A stretch of DNA of 64,000 bases from Phyllobates terribilis (GCF_046119375.1 NW_027362762.1:439022001-439086000), one strand, 5' to 3'; positions 15,501 to 27,307 are shown, counted from the first letter of the stretch. Program-made: numbers and translations. Notes: a model not told the origin generated them from the sequence alone.

Positions 15501-18500
15501 TTTTTTGCTGTTAAAAAAAAAAAAATAGTGTCTCCCTGATTTTTCAGACAAAAATATATCTGTTGAAAATAGTCTGGTGTAGGCCCGAGAAATACAAGTG
15601 TGGTTTTGCAGATCCAAGGTACAAACCTCTGTATTATCCACTTTTGGGCCATTTGTATCTAAAAAAAACAGTTTGAGTGTGTCGCTCACTGTTCAGCCGC
15701 AAATATATATATATTTTAAAAAGCCTGGTATACACCAGTAAATTATTACTGTGGTTTTGATGTTCCACGGTAAAACATCTCTATTATCCTGTTTTTGGCA
15801 TTTTTTGCTGTATAAAAATAATAATAGTGTCTCCCTGATTTTTCAGACACAAATATATCTGTTGAAAATAGTCTGGTGTAGGCCAGAGAGACAGAAGTGT
15901 GCTTTTGCTGTTCCACGGTAAAAAATCTCTATTATCCTGCTTTTTGCATTTTTTGCTGTAAAAAAAAAAAAAATAGTGTCTCCCTGATTTTTCAGACACA
16001 AATATATCTGTTGAAAATAGTCTGGTGTAGGCCAGAGAGACAGAAGTGTGCTTTCGCTGTTCCACGGTAAAAAATCTCTATTATCCTGCTTTTTGCATTT
16101 TTTGCTGTAAAAAAAAAAAAAAATAGTGTCTCCCTGATTTTTCAGACACAAATATATCTGTTGAAAATAGTCTGGTGTAGGCCCGAGAAATACAAGTGTG
16201 GTTTTGCAGTTCCACGGTACAAACCTCTGTATTATCCACTTTTGGGCCATTTGTATCTAAAAAAAACAGTTTGAGTGTGTCGCTCACTGTTCAGCCGCAA
16301 ATATATATATATTTTAAAAAGCCTGGTATACACCAGTAAATTATTACTGTGGTTTTGATGTTCCACGGTAAAACATCTCTAATATCCTGCTTTTTGCATT
16401 TTTTGCTGTAAAAAAAAAAAAAAATAGTGTCTCCCTGATTTTTCAGACACAAATATATCTGTTGAAAATAGTCTGGTGTAGGCCAGAGAGACAGAAGTGT
16501 GCTTTTGCTGTTCCACGGTAAAAAATCTCTATTATCCTGCTTTTTGCATTTTTTGCTATTAAAAAAAAAAAAATAGTGTCTCCCTGATTTTTCAGACACA
16601 AATATATCTGTTGAAAATAGTCTGGTGTAGGCCCGAGAAATACAAGTGTGGTTTTGCAGTTCCAAGGTACAAACCTCTGTATTATCCACTTTTGGGCCAT
16701 TTGTATCTAAAAAAAACAGTTTGAGTGTGTCGCTCACTGTTCAGCCGCAAATATATATATATTTTAAAAAGCCTGGTATACACCAGTAAATTATTACTGT
16801 GGTTTTGATGTTCCACGGTAAAACATCTCTATTATCCTGCTTTTTGCATTTTTTGCTGTAAAAAAAAAAAAAAATAGTGTCTCCCTGATTTTTCAGACAC
16901 AAATATATGTGCTGAAAATAGTCTGGTGTAGGCCAGAGAGACAGAAGTGTGCTTTTGCTGTTCCATGGTAAAAAATCTCTATTATCCTGCTTTTTGCATT
17001 TTTTGCTGTTAAAAAAAAAAAATAGTGTCTCCCTGATTTTTAAGACACAAATATATCTGTTGAAAATAGTCTGGTGTAGGCCCGAGAAATACAAGTGTGG
17101 TTTTGCAGTTCCACGGTACAAACCTCTGTATTATCCACTTTTGGGCCATTTGTATCTAAAAAAAACAGTTTGAGTGTGTCGCTCACTGTTCAGCCGCAAA
17201 TATATATATATTTTAAAAAGCCTGGTATACACCATTAAATTATTACTGTGGTTTTGATGTTCCACGGTAAAACATCTCTATTATCCTGTTTTTGGCATTT
17301 TTTGCTGTATAAAAATAATAATAGTGTCTCCCTGATTTTTCAGACACAAATATATCTGTTGAAAATAGTCTGGTGTAGGCCAGAGAGACAGAAGTGTGCT
17401 TTTGCTGTTCCACGGTAAAAAATCTCTATTATCCTGCTTTTTGCATTTTTTGCTGTAAAAAAAAAAAAATAGTGTCTCCCTGATTTTTCAGACACAAATA
17501 TATCTGTTGAAAATAGTCTGGTGTAGGCCAGAGAGACAGAAGTGTGCTTTTGCTGTTCCATGGTAAAAAATCTCTATTATCCTGCTTTTTGCATTTTTTG
17601 CTGTAAAAAAAAAAAAAAATAGTGTCTCCCTGATTTTTCAGACACAAATATATCTGTTGAAAATAGTCTGGTGTAGGCCAGAGAGACAGAAGTGTGCTTT
17701 TGCTGTTCCATGGTAAAAAATCTCTATTATCCTGCTTTTTGCATTTTTTGCTGTTAAAAAAAAAATAGTGTCTCCCTGATTTTTCAGACACAAATATATC
17801 TGTTGAAAATAGTCTGGTGTAGGCCCGAGAAATACAAGTGTGGTTTTGCAGTTCCACGGTACAAACCTCTGTATTATCCACTTTTGGGCCAATTGTATCT
17901 AAAAAAAACAGTTTGAGTGTGTCGCTCACTGTTCAGCCGCAAATATATATATATATTGAAAAGCCTGGTATACACCAGTAAATTATTACTGTGGTTTTGA
18001 TGTTCCACGGTAAAACATCTCTAATATCCTGCTTTTTGCATTTTTTGCTGTAAAAAAAAAAAAATAGTGTCTCCCTGATTTTTCAGACACAAATATATCT
18101 GTTGAAAATAGTCTGGTGTAGGCCAGAGAGACAGAAGTGTGCTTTTGCTGTTCCACGGTAAAAAATCTCTATTATCCTGCTTTTTGCATTTTTTGCTGTT
18201 AAAAAAAAAAAAATAGTGTCTCCCTGATTTTTCAGACACAAATATATCTGTTGAAAATAGTCTGGTGTAGGCCCGAGAAATACAAGTGTGGTTTTGCAGT
18301 TCCACGGTACAAACCTCTATATTATCCACTTTTGGGCCATTTGTATCTAAAAAAAACAGTTTGAGTGTGTCGCTCACTGTTCAGCCGCAAATATATATAT
18401 ATTTTAAAAAGCCTGGTATACACCAGTAAATTATTACTGTGGTTTTGATGTTCCACGGTAAAACATCTCTATTATCCTGTTTTTGGCATTTTTTGCTGTA

Positions 18501-21500
18501 TAAAAATAATAATAGTGTCTCCCTGATTTTTCAGACACAAATATATCTGTTGAAAATAGTCTGGTGTAGGCCAGAGAGACAGAAGTGTGCTTTTGCTGTT
18601 CCACGGTAAAAAATCTCTATTATCCTGCTTTTTGCATTTTTTGCTGTAAAAAAAAAAAATCGTGTCTCCCTGATTTTTCAGACACAAATATATCTGTTGA
18701 AAATAGTCTGGTGTAGGCCAGAGAGACAGAAGTGTGCTTTTGGTGTTCCATGGTAAAACATCTCTATTATCCTGCTTTTTGCATTTTTTGCTGTAAAAAA
18801 AAAAAAAAATAGTGTCTCCCTGATTTTTCAGACACAAATATATCTGTTGAAAATAGTCTGGTGTAGGCCAGAGAGACAGAAGTGTGCTTTTGCTGTTCCA
18901 TGGTAAAAAATCTCTATTATCCTGCTTTTTGCATTTTTTGCTGTTAAAAAAAAAAATAGTGTCTCCCTGATTTTTCAGACACAAATATATCTGTTGAAAA
19001 TAGTCTGGTGTAGGCCAGAGAGACAGAAGTGTGCTTTTGCTGTTCCACGGTAAAAAATCTCTATTATCCTGCTTTTTGCATTTTTTGCTGTTAAAAAAAA
19101 AAAAATAGTGTCTCCCTGATTTTTCAGACACAAATATATCTGTTGAAAATAGTCTGGTGTAGGCCCGAGAAATACAAGTGTGGTTTTGCAGTTCCAAGGT
19201 ACAAACCTCTGTATTATCCACTTTTGGGCCATTTGTATCTAAAAAAAACAGTTTGAGTGTGTCGCTCACTGTTCAGCCGCAAATATATATATATTTTAAA
19301 AAGCCTGGTATACACCAGTAAATTATTACTGTGGTTTTGATGTTCCACGGTAAAACATCTCTATTATCCTGTTTTTGGCATTTTTTGCTGTATAAAAATA
19401 ATAATAGTGTCTCCCTGATTTTTCAGACACAAATATATCTGTTGAAAATAGTCTGGTGTAGGCCAGAGAGACAGAAGTGTGCTTTTGATGTTCCACGGTA
19501 AAACATCTCTATTATCCTGTTTTTGGCATTTTTTGCTGTATAAAAATAATAATAGTGTCTCCCTGATTTTTCAGACACAAATATATCTGTTGAAAATAGT
19601 CTGGTGTAGGCCAGAGAGACAGAAGTGTGCTTTTGCTGTTCCATGGTAAAAAATCTCTATTATCCTGCTTTTTGCATTTTTTGCTGTTAAAAAAAAAAAT
19701 AGTGTCTCCCTGATTTTTCAGACACAAATATATCTGTTGAAAATAGTCTGGTGTAGGCCCGAGAAATACAAGTGTGGTTTTGCAGTTCCACGGTACAAAC
19801 CTCTGTATTATCCACTTTTGGGCCATTTGTATCTAAAAAAAACAGTTTGAGTGTGTCGCTCACTGTTCAGCCTCAAATATATATATATTTTAAAAAGTCT
19901 GGTATACATCAGTAAATTATTACTGTGGTTTTGATGTTCCACGGTAAAACATCTCTATTATCCTGCTTTTTGCATTTTTTGCTGTAAAAAAAAAAAAAAA
20001 AAATAGTGTCTCCCTGATTTTTCAGACACAAATATATCTGTTGAAAATAGTCTGGTGTAGGCCAGAGAGACAGAAGTGTGCTTTTGCTGTTCCATGGTAA
20101 AAAATCTCTATTATCCTGCTTTTTGCATTTTTTGCTGTTAAAAAAAAAAAATAGTGTCTCCCTGATTTTTCAGACACAAATATATCTGTTGAAAATAGTC
20201 TGGTGTAGGCCCGAGAAATACAAGTGTGGTTTTGCAGTTCCACGGTACAAACCTCTGTATTATCCACTTTTGGGCCATTTGTATCTAAAAAAAACAGTTT
20301 GAGTGTGTCACTCACTGTTCAGCCGCAAATATATATATATATTTTAAAAAACCTGGTATACACCAGTAAATTATTACTGTGGTTTTGATGTTCCACGGTA
20401 AAACATCTCTATTATCCTGCTTTTTGCATTTTTTGCTGTAAAAAAAAAAAAAAAATAGTGTCTCCCTGATTTTTCAGACACAAATATATGTGTTGAAAAT
20501 AGTCTGGTGTAGGCCAGAGAGACAGAAGTGTGCTTTTGCTGTTCCATGGTAAAAAATCTCTATTATCCTGCTTTTTGCATTTTTTGCTGTTAAAAAAAAA
20601 AAAATAGTGTCTCCCTGATTTTTAAGACAAAAATATATCTGTTGAAAATAGTCTGGTGTAGGCCCGAGAAATACAAGTGTGGTTTTGCAGTTCCACGGTA
20701 CAAACCTCTGTATTATCCACTTTTGGGCCATTTGTATCTAAAAAAAACAGTTTGAGTGTGTCGCTCACTGTTCAGCCGCAAATATATATATATTTTAAAA
20801 AGCCTGGTATACACCATTAAATTATTACTGTGGTTTTGATGTTCCACGGTAAAACATCTCTATTATCCTGTTTTTGGCATTTTTTGCTGTATAAAAATAA
20901 TAATAGTGTCTCCCTGATTTTTCAGACACAAATATATCTGTTGAAAATAGTCTGGTGTAGACCAGAGAGACAGAAGTGTGCTTTTGCTGTTCCACAGTAA
21001 AAAATCTCTATTATCCTGCTTTTTGCATTTTTTGCTGTAAAAAAAAAAAAAAATAGTGTCTCCCTGATTTTTCAGACACAAATATATCTGTTGAAAATAG
21101 TCTGGTGTAGGCCCGAGAAATACAAGTGTGGTTTTGCAGTTCCACGGTACAAACCTCTGTATTATCCACTTTTGGGCCATTTGTATCTAAAAAAAACAGT
21201 TTGAGTGTGTCGCTCACTGTTCAGCCGCAAATATATATATATTTTAAAAAGCCTGGTATACACCAGTAAATTATAACTGTGGTTTTGCACGGTAAAAAAT
21301 CTCTGTTATTCAGGTTTTGGTAGTTTTTTCCGTAAAGAAAAACAGTAGTGTCTCCTGACTGTTGTGACACAAAAATATATCTGTTGAAAATAGTCTTGTG
21401 TAGGCCCGACATCCCAGTGTGGTTTCGCAGTTCCACGGGTCAAATCGCTGTACTATCCAGTTTTGGGCCTTTGGTATCTAAAAAAAAAGCAGTTTGAGTG

Positions 21501-21600
21501 TGTCGCTCACTGTTCAACCGCAAATATCTCTATTTAAAAAAGTGTGGTATACACCAGTAAACAATAACTGTGGTTTTCCTCTTCCACGGTTCTAATCTAC
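1..21600. repeat. Tandem satellite array of ~149-bp monomers (~144 monomers) of three related types (A, B1, B2) arranged as B2-(A)n-B1; continues beyond the left edge of the window
   Basis: Monomer A (GTGTCTCCCTGATTTTTCAGACACAAATATATCTG...CTGTAAAAAAAAAAAATA) recurs every ~149 bp. B1 carries GGCCCGAGAAATACAAG (35 copies counted, first at 350, last near 21110). B2 carries GTGTGTCGCTCACTGTTCAGCCGCAAATATATATAT. Confidence 0.98.
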
Positions 21601-21658
21601 TCTTTATTACCCTTTTTCCATTGATAGTGCAAGTGTAAGCTATTTTACTTCATTTACA

Positions 21659-22738
21659 ATGGGCAAGGCGCGTGGCAAGGGACGTGGAAGTGGACGTTCT
21701 GGTGATGGTTCGTGCAGAGGACGGGGCTGTGGCCAAGGTGAAAATGTGCCACAACCAACAGCCACATCTTCTCGCTCCCACTTCTTGACCGAATTACTAG
21801 GGAAGCACAGAACAACACCAGTATTGAGAACTGATCAGTGTGAACAGGTTATTAATTGGATAGCAGACAATACTTCCAGTTACCTGGGCACCACCACCTC
21901 CGGTCTGTCTTCCACACGGTCAACTCTTAGTAGCCGTGAGTCTCGACCGCATACTCCTCCTCACCCTGATGCTCCTTCCTCCCACCATGCCGAGTGTCGT
22001 CAGACAGCAAGTGATCCCACACTTGGACACTCTGAAGAGCTGTTCACTGGTCCATTTCCATATTTGGGCCCCTCGCCTGATACGCTTGAAGTGGTGGAAG
22101 AGGAGATCCCATGTTGCGATGCCCAAATATTTGAACAGCCACGGCCACAGGAAGTCGACTTTGGCAATCTGTCACAAGAGGTGGACGATGACGAGACACA
22201 ATTGCCAGGAAGTGAGGAGGAGGATCGTGGTGCGCAAGTGGAAGAGGAGGAGGAGGTGGTGGATGATCTAGTAACTGACCCAACATGGAAGGGGGACATG
22301 CGGAGTGAGGCCAGCAGCACACAGGGGGAGGGAGGCAGAGTACCCCAACAGGCAGGAAGAAGCAGTGTGGTGGCCGCAGACAGAAGGCAGGCAACCGTTC
22401 CCCGTAACACCAACACGAGGGACGTTGCCAGTACAAGCGGTAGGTCTTCCAGAGTCTGGAATTTTTTTTAAAGACTCTGCTGATAACCCCAAAAAGGCCA
22501 TATGTTCCACCTGCCATGCCAGCATCAGCAGGGGTGACAAAACTACCAGCCTGACCACCACCAGCATGATCAGGCACATGGCAGCAAAGCACCCGACTTT
22601 GTGGGGCGAACCCCAGGGTCCACGACCAGTGTCAGCGGGTGTCACCACTGCTTCTTCCACTGTTGTGCGTGCAATAGAACCCCCTGTTGTGTGTGCAAGG
22701 CAATCCCCTGTCCATACTGCATGTAAAGATGCCCCCTC
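21659..22738 (+). pseudogene. hAT transposase, N-terminal acidic region plus BED zinc finger; +1 frameshift in the T8 run at 22462-22469
   Basis: ORF 21659..22471 ends SRVWNFF*. The next frame reads KDSADNPKKAICSTCHASISRG...SMIRHMAAKH, i.e. the BED finger W-FF...CxxC...H...H. Truncated by the Gypsy insertion at 22739. Confidence 0.9.
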
Positions 22739-23160
22739 TGTTACAACTCTCCTGTTAGGTTTTTTTTAGTTTGCTGGTCACATGACCAGTTTTGCCTATT
22801 TAATCCGGCTCCGCCCTCCTGGCATTGCTGGACTTCATTGTATTTACTACTGTTGAGCTAGCTTGGTGCTCTGTTGCCGTTCTCTGTTAGTTTTGCTAGG
22901 TCTTCTGACCTCTATGCTTTTTGTTGTGTGTTTGTCTTTGACTGCTACTATTTCTGCTAGGGGGTGTCCAACTTATCCCAGTCCCTAGATCTTGTAGGGA
23001 TCCCTCCCTCACATCTATAGGTCTTCGTACAGACTAGCCTAGGACTTTAGCGGGTCTGATTGCAGGATCAGGTTCCCCGTTACATCGTAGGGATCTAGTT
23101 TAGTTCTATTGTAGGGACAGATCTCCTGTCTTTCCTTAGTCTCTGTAGCAGATCATAACA
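22739..23160 (+). repeat. 5' LTR of Gypsy-1
   Basis: TGTTACAACT...GATCATAACA, with TATA-like TATTTAA at 22797-22803. Confidence 0.97.
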
Positions 23161-23162
23161 GT

Positions 23163-23171
23163 AAGTCCAGC
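23163..23171 (+). promoter_or_regulatory. Self-priming primer-binding site (AAGTCCAGC), complementary to LTR 22827-22835
   Basis: Exact 9-nt reverse complement of GCTGGACTT, which lies 30 bp downstream of the LTR TATA-like box. Confidence 0.7.
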
Positions 23172-23224
23172 CTTAAAAAAAAAAAAAAAAAATTTCTCTA
23201 AGGAAAGACCTTCAGTTTTCCATC

Positions 23225-26200
23225 ATGGTCTCGGTGCAAGATTTGGCTCAACGCTTGCAGGGACTCTCTCTGGAGGTGGCCAAGCTCCAACAACACGTGA
23301 GTAGCTGTTCTGGAGCGCATTTTGTGGAACCAAAGGTACGTCTGCCTGATCTATTTTTTGGCGAACAACAAGATTTTTTTTCTTTTAAAAATGCTTGTCT
23401 ATTATATTTTCGTTTGAGACCCGGATCCTCTGGTGATGAATCACAGCGCATAGGGTTCATAATGTCACATTTGCGCAAAGATCCTCAGGGATGGGCCTTC
23501 TCTGTCCAACCTAGTGATCCGTGCTTTAGATCAGTGGATAGTTTTTTTTCTGCTTTGGGTTTATTGTACGATGATCCTGATCGTGTCTCATCTGCTGAGT
23601 CTGAATTAAGACGTTTGAGGCAGGGATCAGGTAATGTGGAAAAATATTGTTCTCACTTCCGTCGGTGGTCTGCCCAGGTGGGGTGGAACGATTCAGCTTT
23701 GAAAAGCTTGTTTCTTGCAGGGCTAGGTGAAAGGGTTAAGGATTTACTGATTGCTTATCCCACACCTGGAAACTTGCAGGAGGCAATGCAATTAGCTATA
23801 CGGGTGGACAGGAGACTGCGTGCAAGGGTTAATGAGAGAAAATCCTCTGCTATGTCAGCTTCGAGTCCTGAGAGGTTCAGTGCTGACAATGGTGAGCCAA
23901 TGGAAATTGGGGCTATGGCACCCCGTTCTCAGGAAAAAGACCGCCGACTTTCTGAAGGCTTGTGTTTCTATTGCGGAAATTCTGGTCATTTTATTAAGAG
24001 CTGTGTGCTTCGTATGAAGAAAGAAAAAAAAATGGTCAGTCATGCCCGTATTGCCTGTTTAAATTCTAAGGGAGTATTCCTATCTGCCACTACTGCTGCT
24101 CAGGATGAGTTAATTGAATTTCGGGTATTTGTGGATTGTGGATCTACTCTAAATGTGATTGATGGGAGATTCTTGGAAAAACTTAAATTAGAACCTAAAA
24201 CTTTGTCATCCCCTATTGCTGTGGTTTCTGTCGATGGCTCTCCCTTGAAGAGTGTTACTCACAAGGTCTGTGAATTTCCCCTCACTATTAATGGTATTCA
24301 TCAAGAGAATTTGGATTTGGTGGTATTGGATAATTTGCCTTCTCCTGTAATATTGGGGTTACCCTGGTTAAAATTGCACAATCCTGTACTGGATTGGTCT
24401 ACCAATGAAATTAAGTCCTGCAGCCCTAAGTGTTATGACAAGTGTTGTAACGGGCGCATTGCTGCTGTGGATAGAGGGGAATTGCCTGTACCTATTCAGG
24501 ATTTTTGGAGAGTTTTTTCTGAGGAGGAGTCGCAGGTTTTGCCTCCCCATAGAGACTATGATTGTACCATTGAATTTGTCCCTGGAGTGACTCTTCCTAA
24601 GAGTCGTTTATTTAATCTTACTATTCCTGAGAGAAAGGCTTTGGAGGAATACATACAGACAAGCTTGGCCGCTGGTCACATTAGGCCTTCCAAGTCTCCT
24701 GTGGCTGTTGGATTTTTTTTTGTAAAAAAAAAAGATGGCGGTTTACGTCCTTGTCTGGACTTTTGTGAGATTAATAAAATTACTGTACGCAATCCTTACC
24801 CACTGCCATTGATTCCTGATTTATTTAACCAGTTAGTGGGGGCCAAGTGGTTCTCTAAAATTGATCTCCGGGGGGCATACAATTTGTTGCGCATGAAGGA
24901 GGGTGATGAATGGAAGACTGCTTTTAACACTCCTGTGGGTCATTTTGAGAATCTGGTTATGCATTTTGGTCTCACCAATGCTACAGCATTTTTTCAGAAT
25001 CTTATTAATGATATCCTTAGACCTTTAATCGGCAAAAATGTGGTTGTGTATTTGGATGACATTTTGATTTATTCGCCTGATCTGGAGTCTCATTGGCGGA
25101 GCGTACGTGAGGTATTACAGTTATTAATGGACAATTCGCTTTTTGCTAAGCTGGAGAAATGTGAGTTCGCTGTACAGAGAATTAGTTTTTTGGGCTACAT
25201 TATCTCCAGTGAAGGTTTTGAGATGGACCCGGTTAAAGTTCAAGCTGTGCAGGAATGGCCTAGGCCTATTGGTTTGAAATCGATACAGAGGTTTTTGGGT
25301 TTCGCCAATTATTACAGAAAATTCATAAAAAAAATTTCTATTATTATCAAACCGCTGACCGATCTCACCAGGAAAGGTGCTAATACGGTTCAGTGGACTT
25401 CTGAGGCCATTGAAGCTTTTGTGTTTTTAAAGGAGAGGTTCACCTCTGCTCCCATCCTTATGCAGCCTGATGTGACTAAGCCGTTTTTGGTTGAGGTTGA
25501 TGCTTCTTCGGTGGGGGTTGGTGCGGTGTTGTCTCAGGAAAACAAGGATGGAGTACATCCCTGTGCCTTTTTTTCAAAAAAATTTTCCGAGACTGAACTT
25601 AATTACGATATTGGTAATCGGGAATTGCTGGCGATTAAACTCGCATTTGAACACTGGCGTCACCTCTTGGAAGGTGCAGATTTTGACATTCAGGTTTTCA
25701 CTGATCATAAAAATCTGATCTATCTTGATGCTGCCAAGCGCTTGAATGCCCGTCAGGCTAGGTGGTCACTTTTTTTCTCGCGGTTTAATTTTTCCGTTAC
25801 TTACATCCCGGGTACCAAGAATGTTAAAGCGGATGCTTTGTCTCGCAGCTTTTCTCCCATGGTCGGTGTTGAGGAGGAAGAGGAGACCATTTTACAAGAA
25901 GGTGTTGTGATTGCTGCTTTGGACTCCGTTTTGGAGGATGAGATTCTTAAAGCACAGGAGAATGCCCCATCTAACACTCCCCATGGGAGGTTGTTTGTGC
26001 CTAGGACCTTTAGGAGAGATTTGTTTGTTGAGTGTCATGAGTCTCGGTTGGCAGGTCATCCAGGAATTTTTGAGACCAAGAGACTTGTGGGTCGCAGTTT
26101 TTGGTGGCCTGGATGGCAGAAGGAAGTCATTAAGTGGGTGCGCCAATGTACTGTGTGTGCTAGATCCAAGTCTTCGCATGCTCCTGCTGCGGGGTTGCTT

Positions 26201-27295
26201 TGCCCTCTGGAGGTTCCTAGTGCACCTTGGACACATTTGGCTATGGACTTTATTACTGACCTTCCTCCCTCTGAAGGTTTCACGGTCATCTGGGTGGTCG
26301 TGGACCGTTTTAGCAAGATGTGTCACTTGGTTCCCTTCATCAAACTGCCTTGCGCTAAGACACTCGCTAAGGCCTTTGTCAAGGAGATTGTCAGACTACA
26401 TGGTGTTCCTACTGACATTGTTTCTGATAGGGGACCTCAGTTCGTGGCTCGTTTTTGGCGTGCCTTTTGTGACAGGTTGGGAGTCCATTTGTCGTTTTCA
26501 TCCGGATATCATCCTGAGTCTAATGGCCAGACAGAAAGGAAGAACCAGGATGTTGAGCAGTTCTTGTGTTGTTTTGTGGCAGACAATCAAGAGGGGTGGT
26601 CTGAGTTTCTGCCACTTGCTGAATTTGCTCTTAACAACCATACATCCTCTTCTGCTGGGTGTTCGCCTTTTTTTTGTTGTTCTGGGAGACATCCGTCTTT
26701 TGGGTCATTCTCCAAATTGGTTTCGGCTGTGCCTGAGGAGGAGAGTTTTTCCGGTGATTTGGAGAGAGTTTGGACAGATGTGCGTGGTAATCTTCAGGAG
26801 GCTAACAAAAAATCTAAGAGGTACTTTGATAGGAAACGGCAAGAGGTTTTGTTTGCTGTTGGTGACATGGTTTGGTTGTCCTCTAAGAATCTGCGATTGA
26901 GGATTCCTTCTAAAAAATTGGGTTCCAAATTCGTAGGGCCCTTTAAGGTGCTTCAGATAGTTAACCAATCTGCTGTTAGGCTGGAGGTTCCTACGTCCTG
27001 GAGGATTAATCCGGTGTTTCATGTTTCTCTGTTGAAAAAAGCTGATGTGTCGGATGGTGACGCCTCTGCCACTGTTCTTCCGGTGGTGGAGGACGGGGAA
27101 TATGAAATTTCCCGCATCCTAAATTCTAGACGGTATAGAGGGAGTTTGCAGTATCTCGTCGCTTGGAAGGGTTTCGGACCTGAGGATAACTCATGGGTGA
27201 GGGCGGATGATGTTTCTGCTTCCAGACTTGTCCGAGCGTTTCACAGGAGGTTTCCTGGTAAGCCTGGGCCTAGGGGATCCGGAGGATCCTCTTAG
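23225..27295 (+). CDS. Gag-Pol polyprotein, 1356 aa (gag, CCHC knuckle, protease, RT, RNase H, integrase, chromodomain)
   Basis: CFYCGNSGHFIKSC; VFVDCGSTLN; YLDDILIY; VEVDASSVGVGAVL; HESRLAGHPG...CTVC; AMDFIT / SDRGPQF / GQTERKNQ; YEISRILNSR...YLVAWKGFGPEDNSWV. Confidence 0.97.
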   Translation: MVSVQDLAQRLQGLSLEVAKLQQHVSSCSGAHFVEPKVRLPDLFFGEQQDFFSFKNACLLYFRLRPGSSGDESQRIGFIMSHLRKDPQGWAFSVQPSDPCFRSVDSFFSALGLLYDDPDRVSSAESELRRLRQGSGNVEKYCSHFRRWSAQVGWNDSALKSLFLAGLGERVKDLLIAYPTPGNLQEAMQLAIRVDRRLRARVNERKSSAMSASSPERFSADNGEPMEIGAMAPRSQEKDRRLSEGLCFYCGNSGHFIKSCVLRMKKEKKMVSHARIACLNSKGVFLSATTAAQDELIEFRVFVDCGSTLNVIDGRFLEKLKLEPKTLSSPIAVVSVDGSPLKSVTHKVCEFPLTINGIHQENLDLVVLDNLPSPVILGLPWLKLHNPVLDWSTNEIKSCSPKCYDKCCNGRIAAVDRGELPVPIQDFWRVFSEEESQVLPPHRDYDCTIEFVPGVTLPKSRLFNLTIPERKALEEYIQTSLAAGHIRPSKSPVAVGFFFVKKKDGGLRPCLDFCEINKITVRNPYPLPLIPDLFNQLVGAKWFSKIDLRGAYNLLRMKEGDEWKTAFNTPVGHFENLVMHFGLTNATAFFQNLINDILRPLIGKNVVVYLDDILIYSPDLESHWRSVREVLQLLMDNSLFAKLEKCEFAVQRISFLGYIISSEGFEMDPVKVQAVQEWPRPIGLKSIQRFLGFANYYRKFIKKISIIIKPLTDLTRKGANTVQWTSEAIEAFVFLKERFTSAPILMQPDVTKPFLVEVDASSVGVGAVLSQENKDGVHPCAFFSKKFSETELNYDIGNRELLAIKLAFEHWRHLLEGADFDIQVFTDHKNLIYLDAAKRLNARQARWSLFFSRFNFSVTYIPGTKNVKADALSRSFSPMVGVEEEEETILQEGVVIAALDSVLEDEILKAQENAPSNTPHGRLFVPRTFRRDLFVECHESRLAGHPGIFETKRLVGRSFWWPGWQKEVIKWVRQCTVCARSKSSHAPAAGLLCPLEVPSAPWTHLAMDFITDLPPSEGFTVIWVVVDRFSKMCHLVPFIKLPCAKTLAKAFVKEIVRLHGVPTDIVSDRGPQFVARFWRAFCDRLGVHLSFSSGYHPESNGQTERKNQDVEQFLCCFVADNQEGWSEFLPLAEFALNNHTSSSAGCSPFFCCSGRHPSFGSFSKLVSAVPEEESFSGDLERVWTDVRGNLQEANKKSKRYFDRKRQEVLFAVGDMVWLSSKNLRLRIPSKKLGSKFVGPFKVLQIVNQSAVRLEVPTSWRINPVFHVSLLKKADVSDGDASATVLPVVEDGEYEISRILNSRRYRGSLQYLVAWKGFGPEDNSWVRADDVSASRLVRAFHRRFPGKPGPRGSGGSS

Positions 27296-27307
27296 AAGAG
27301 GGGGTAC

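Noticed and set aside
17-21436. About 100 short ORFs (MSDTLK..., MAQKWII..., MEQQKH...) across the satellite
   Set aside because: They are translations of the tandem monomers, shift frame with poly-A length and show no domain motifs.
1-21600. CRISPR-like or gene-cassette reading of the regular array
   Set aside because: There are no unique spacers, all segments are homologous monomers, no cas genes are present and the context is eukaryotic.
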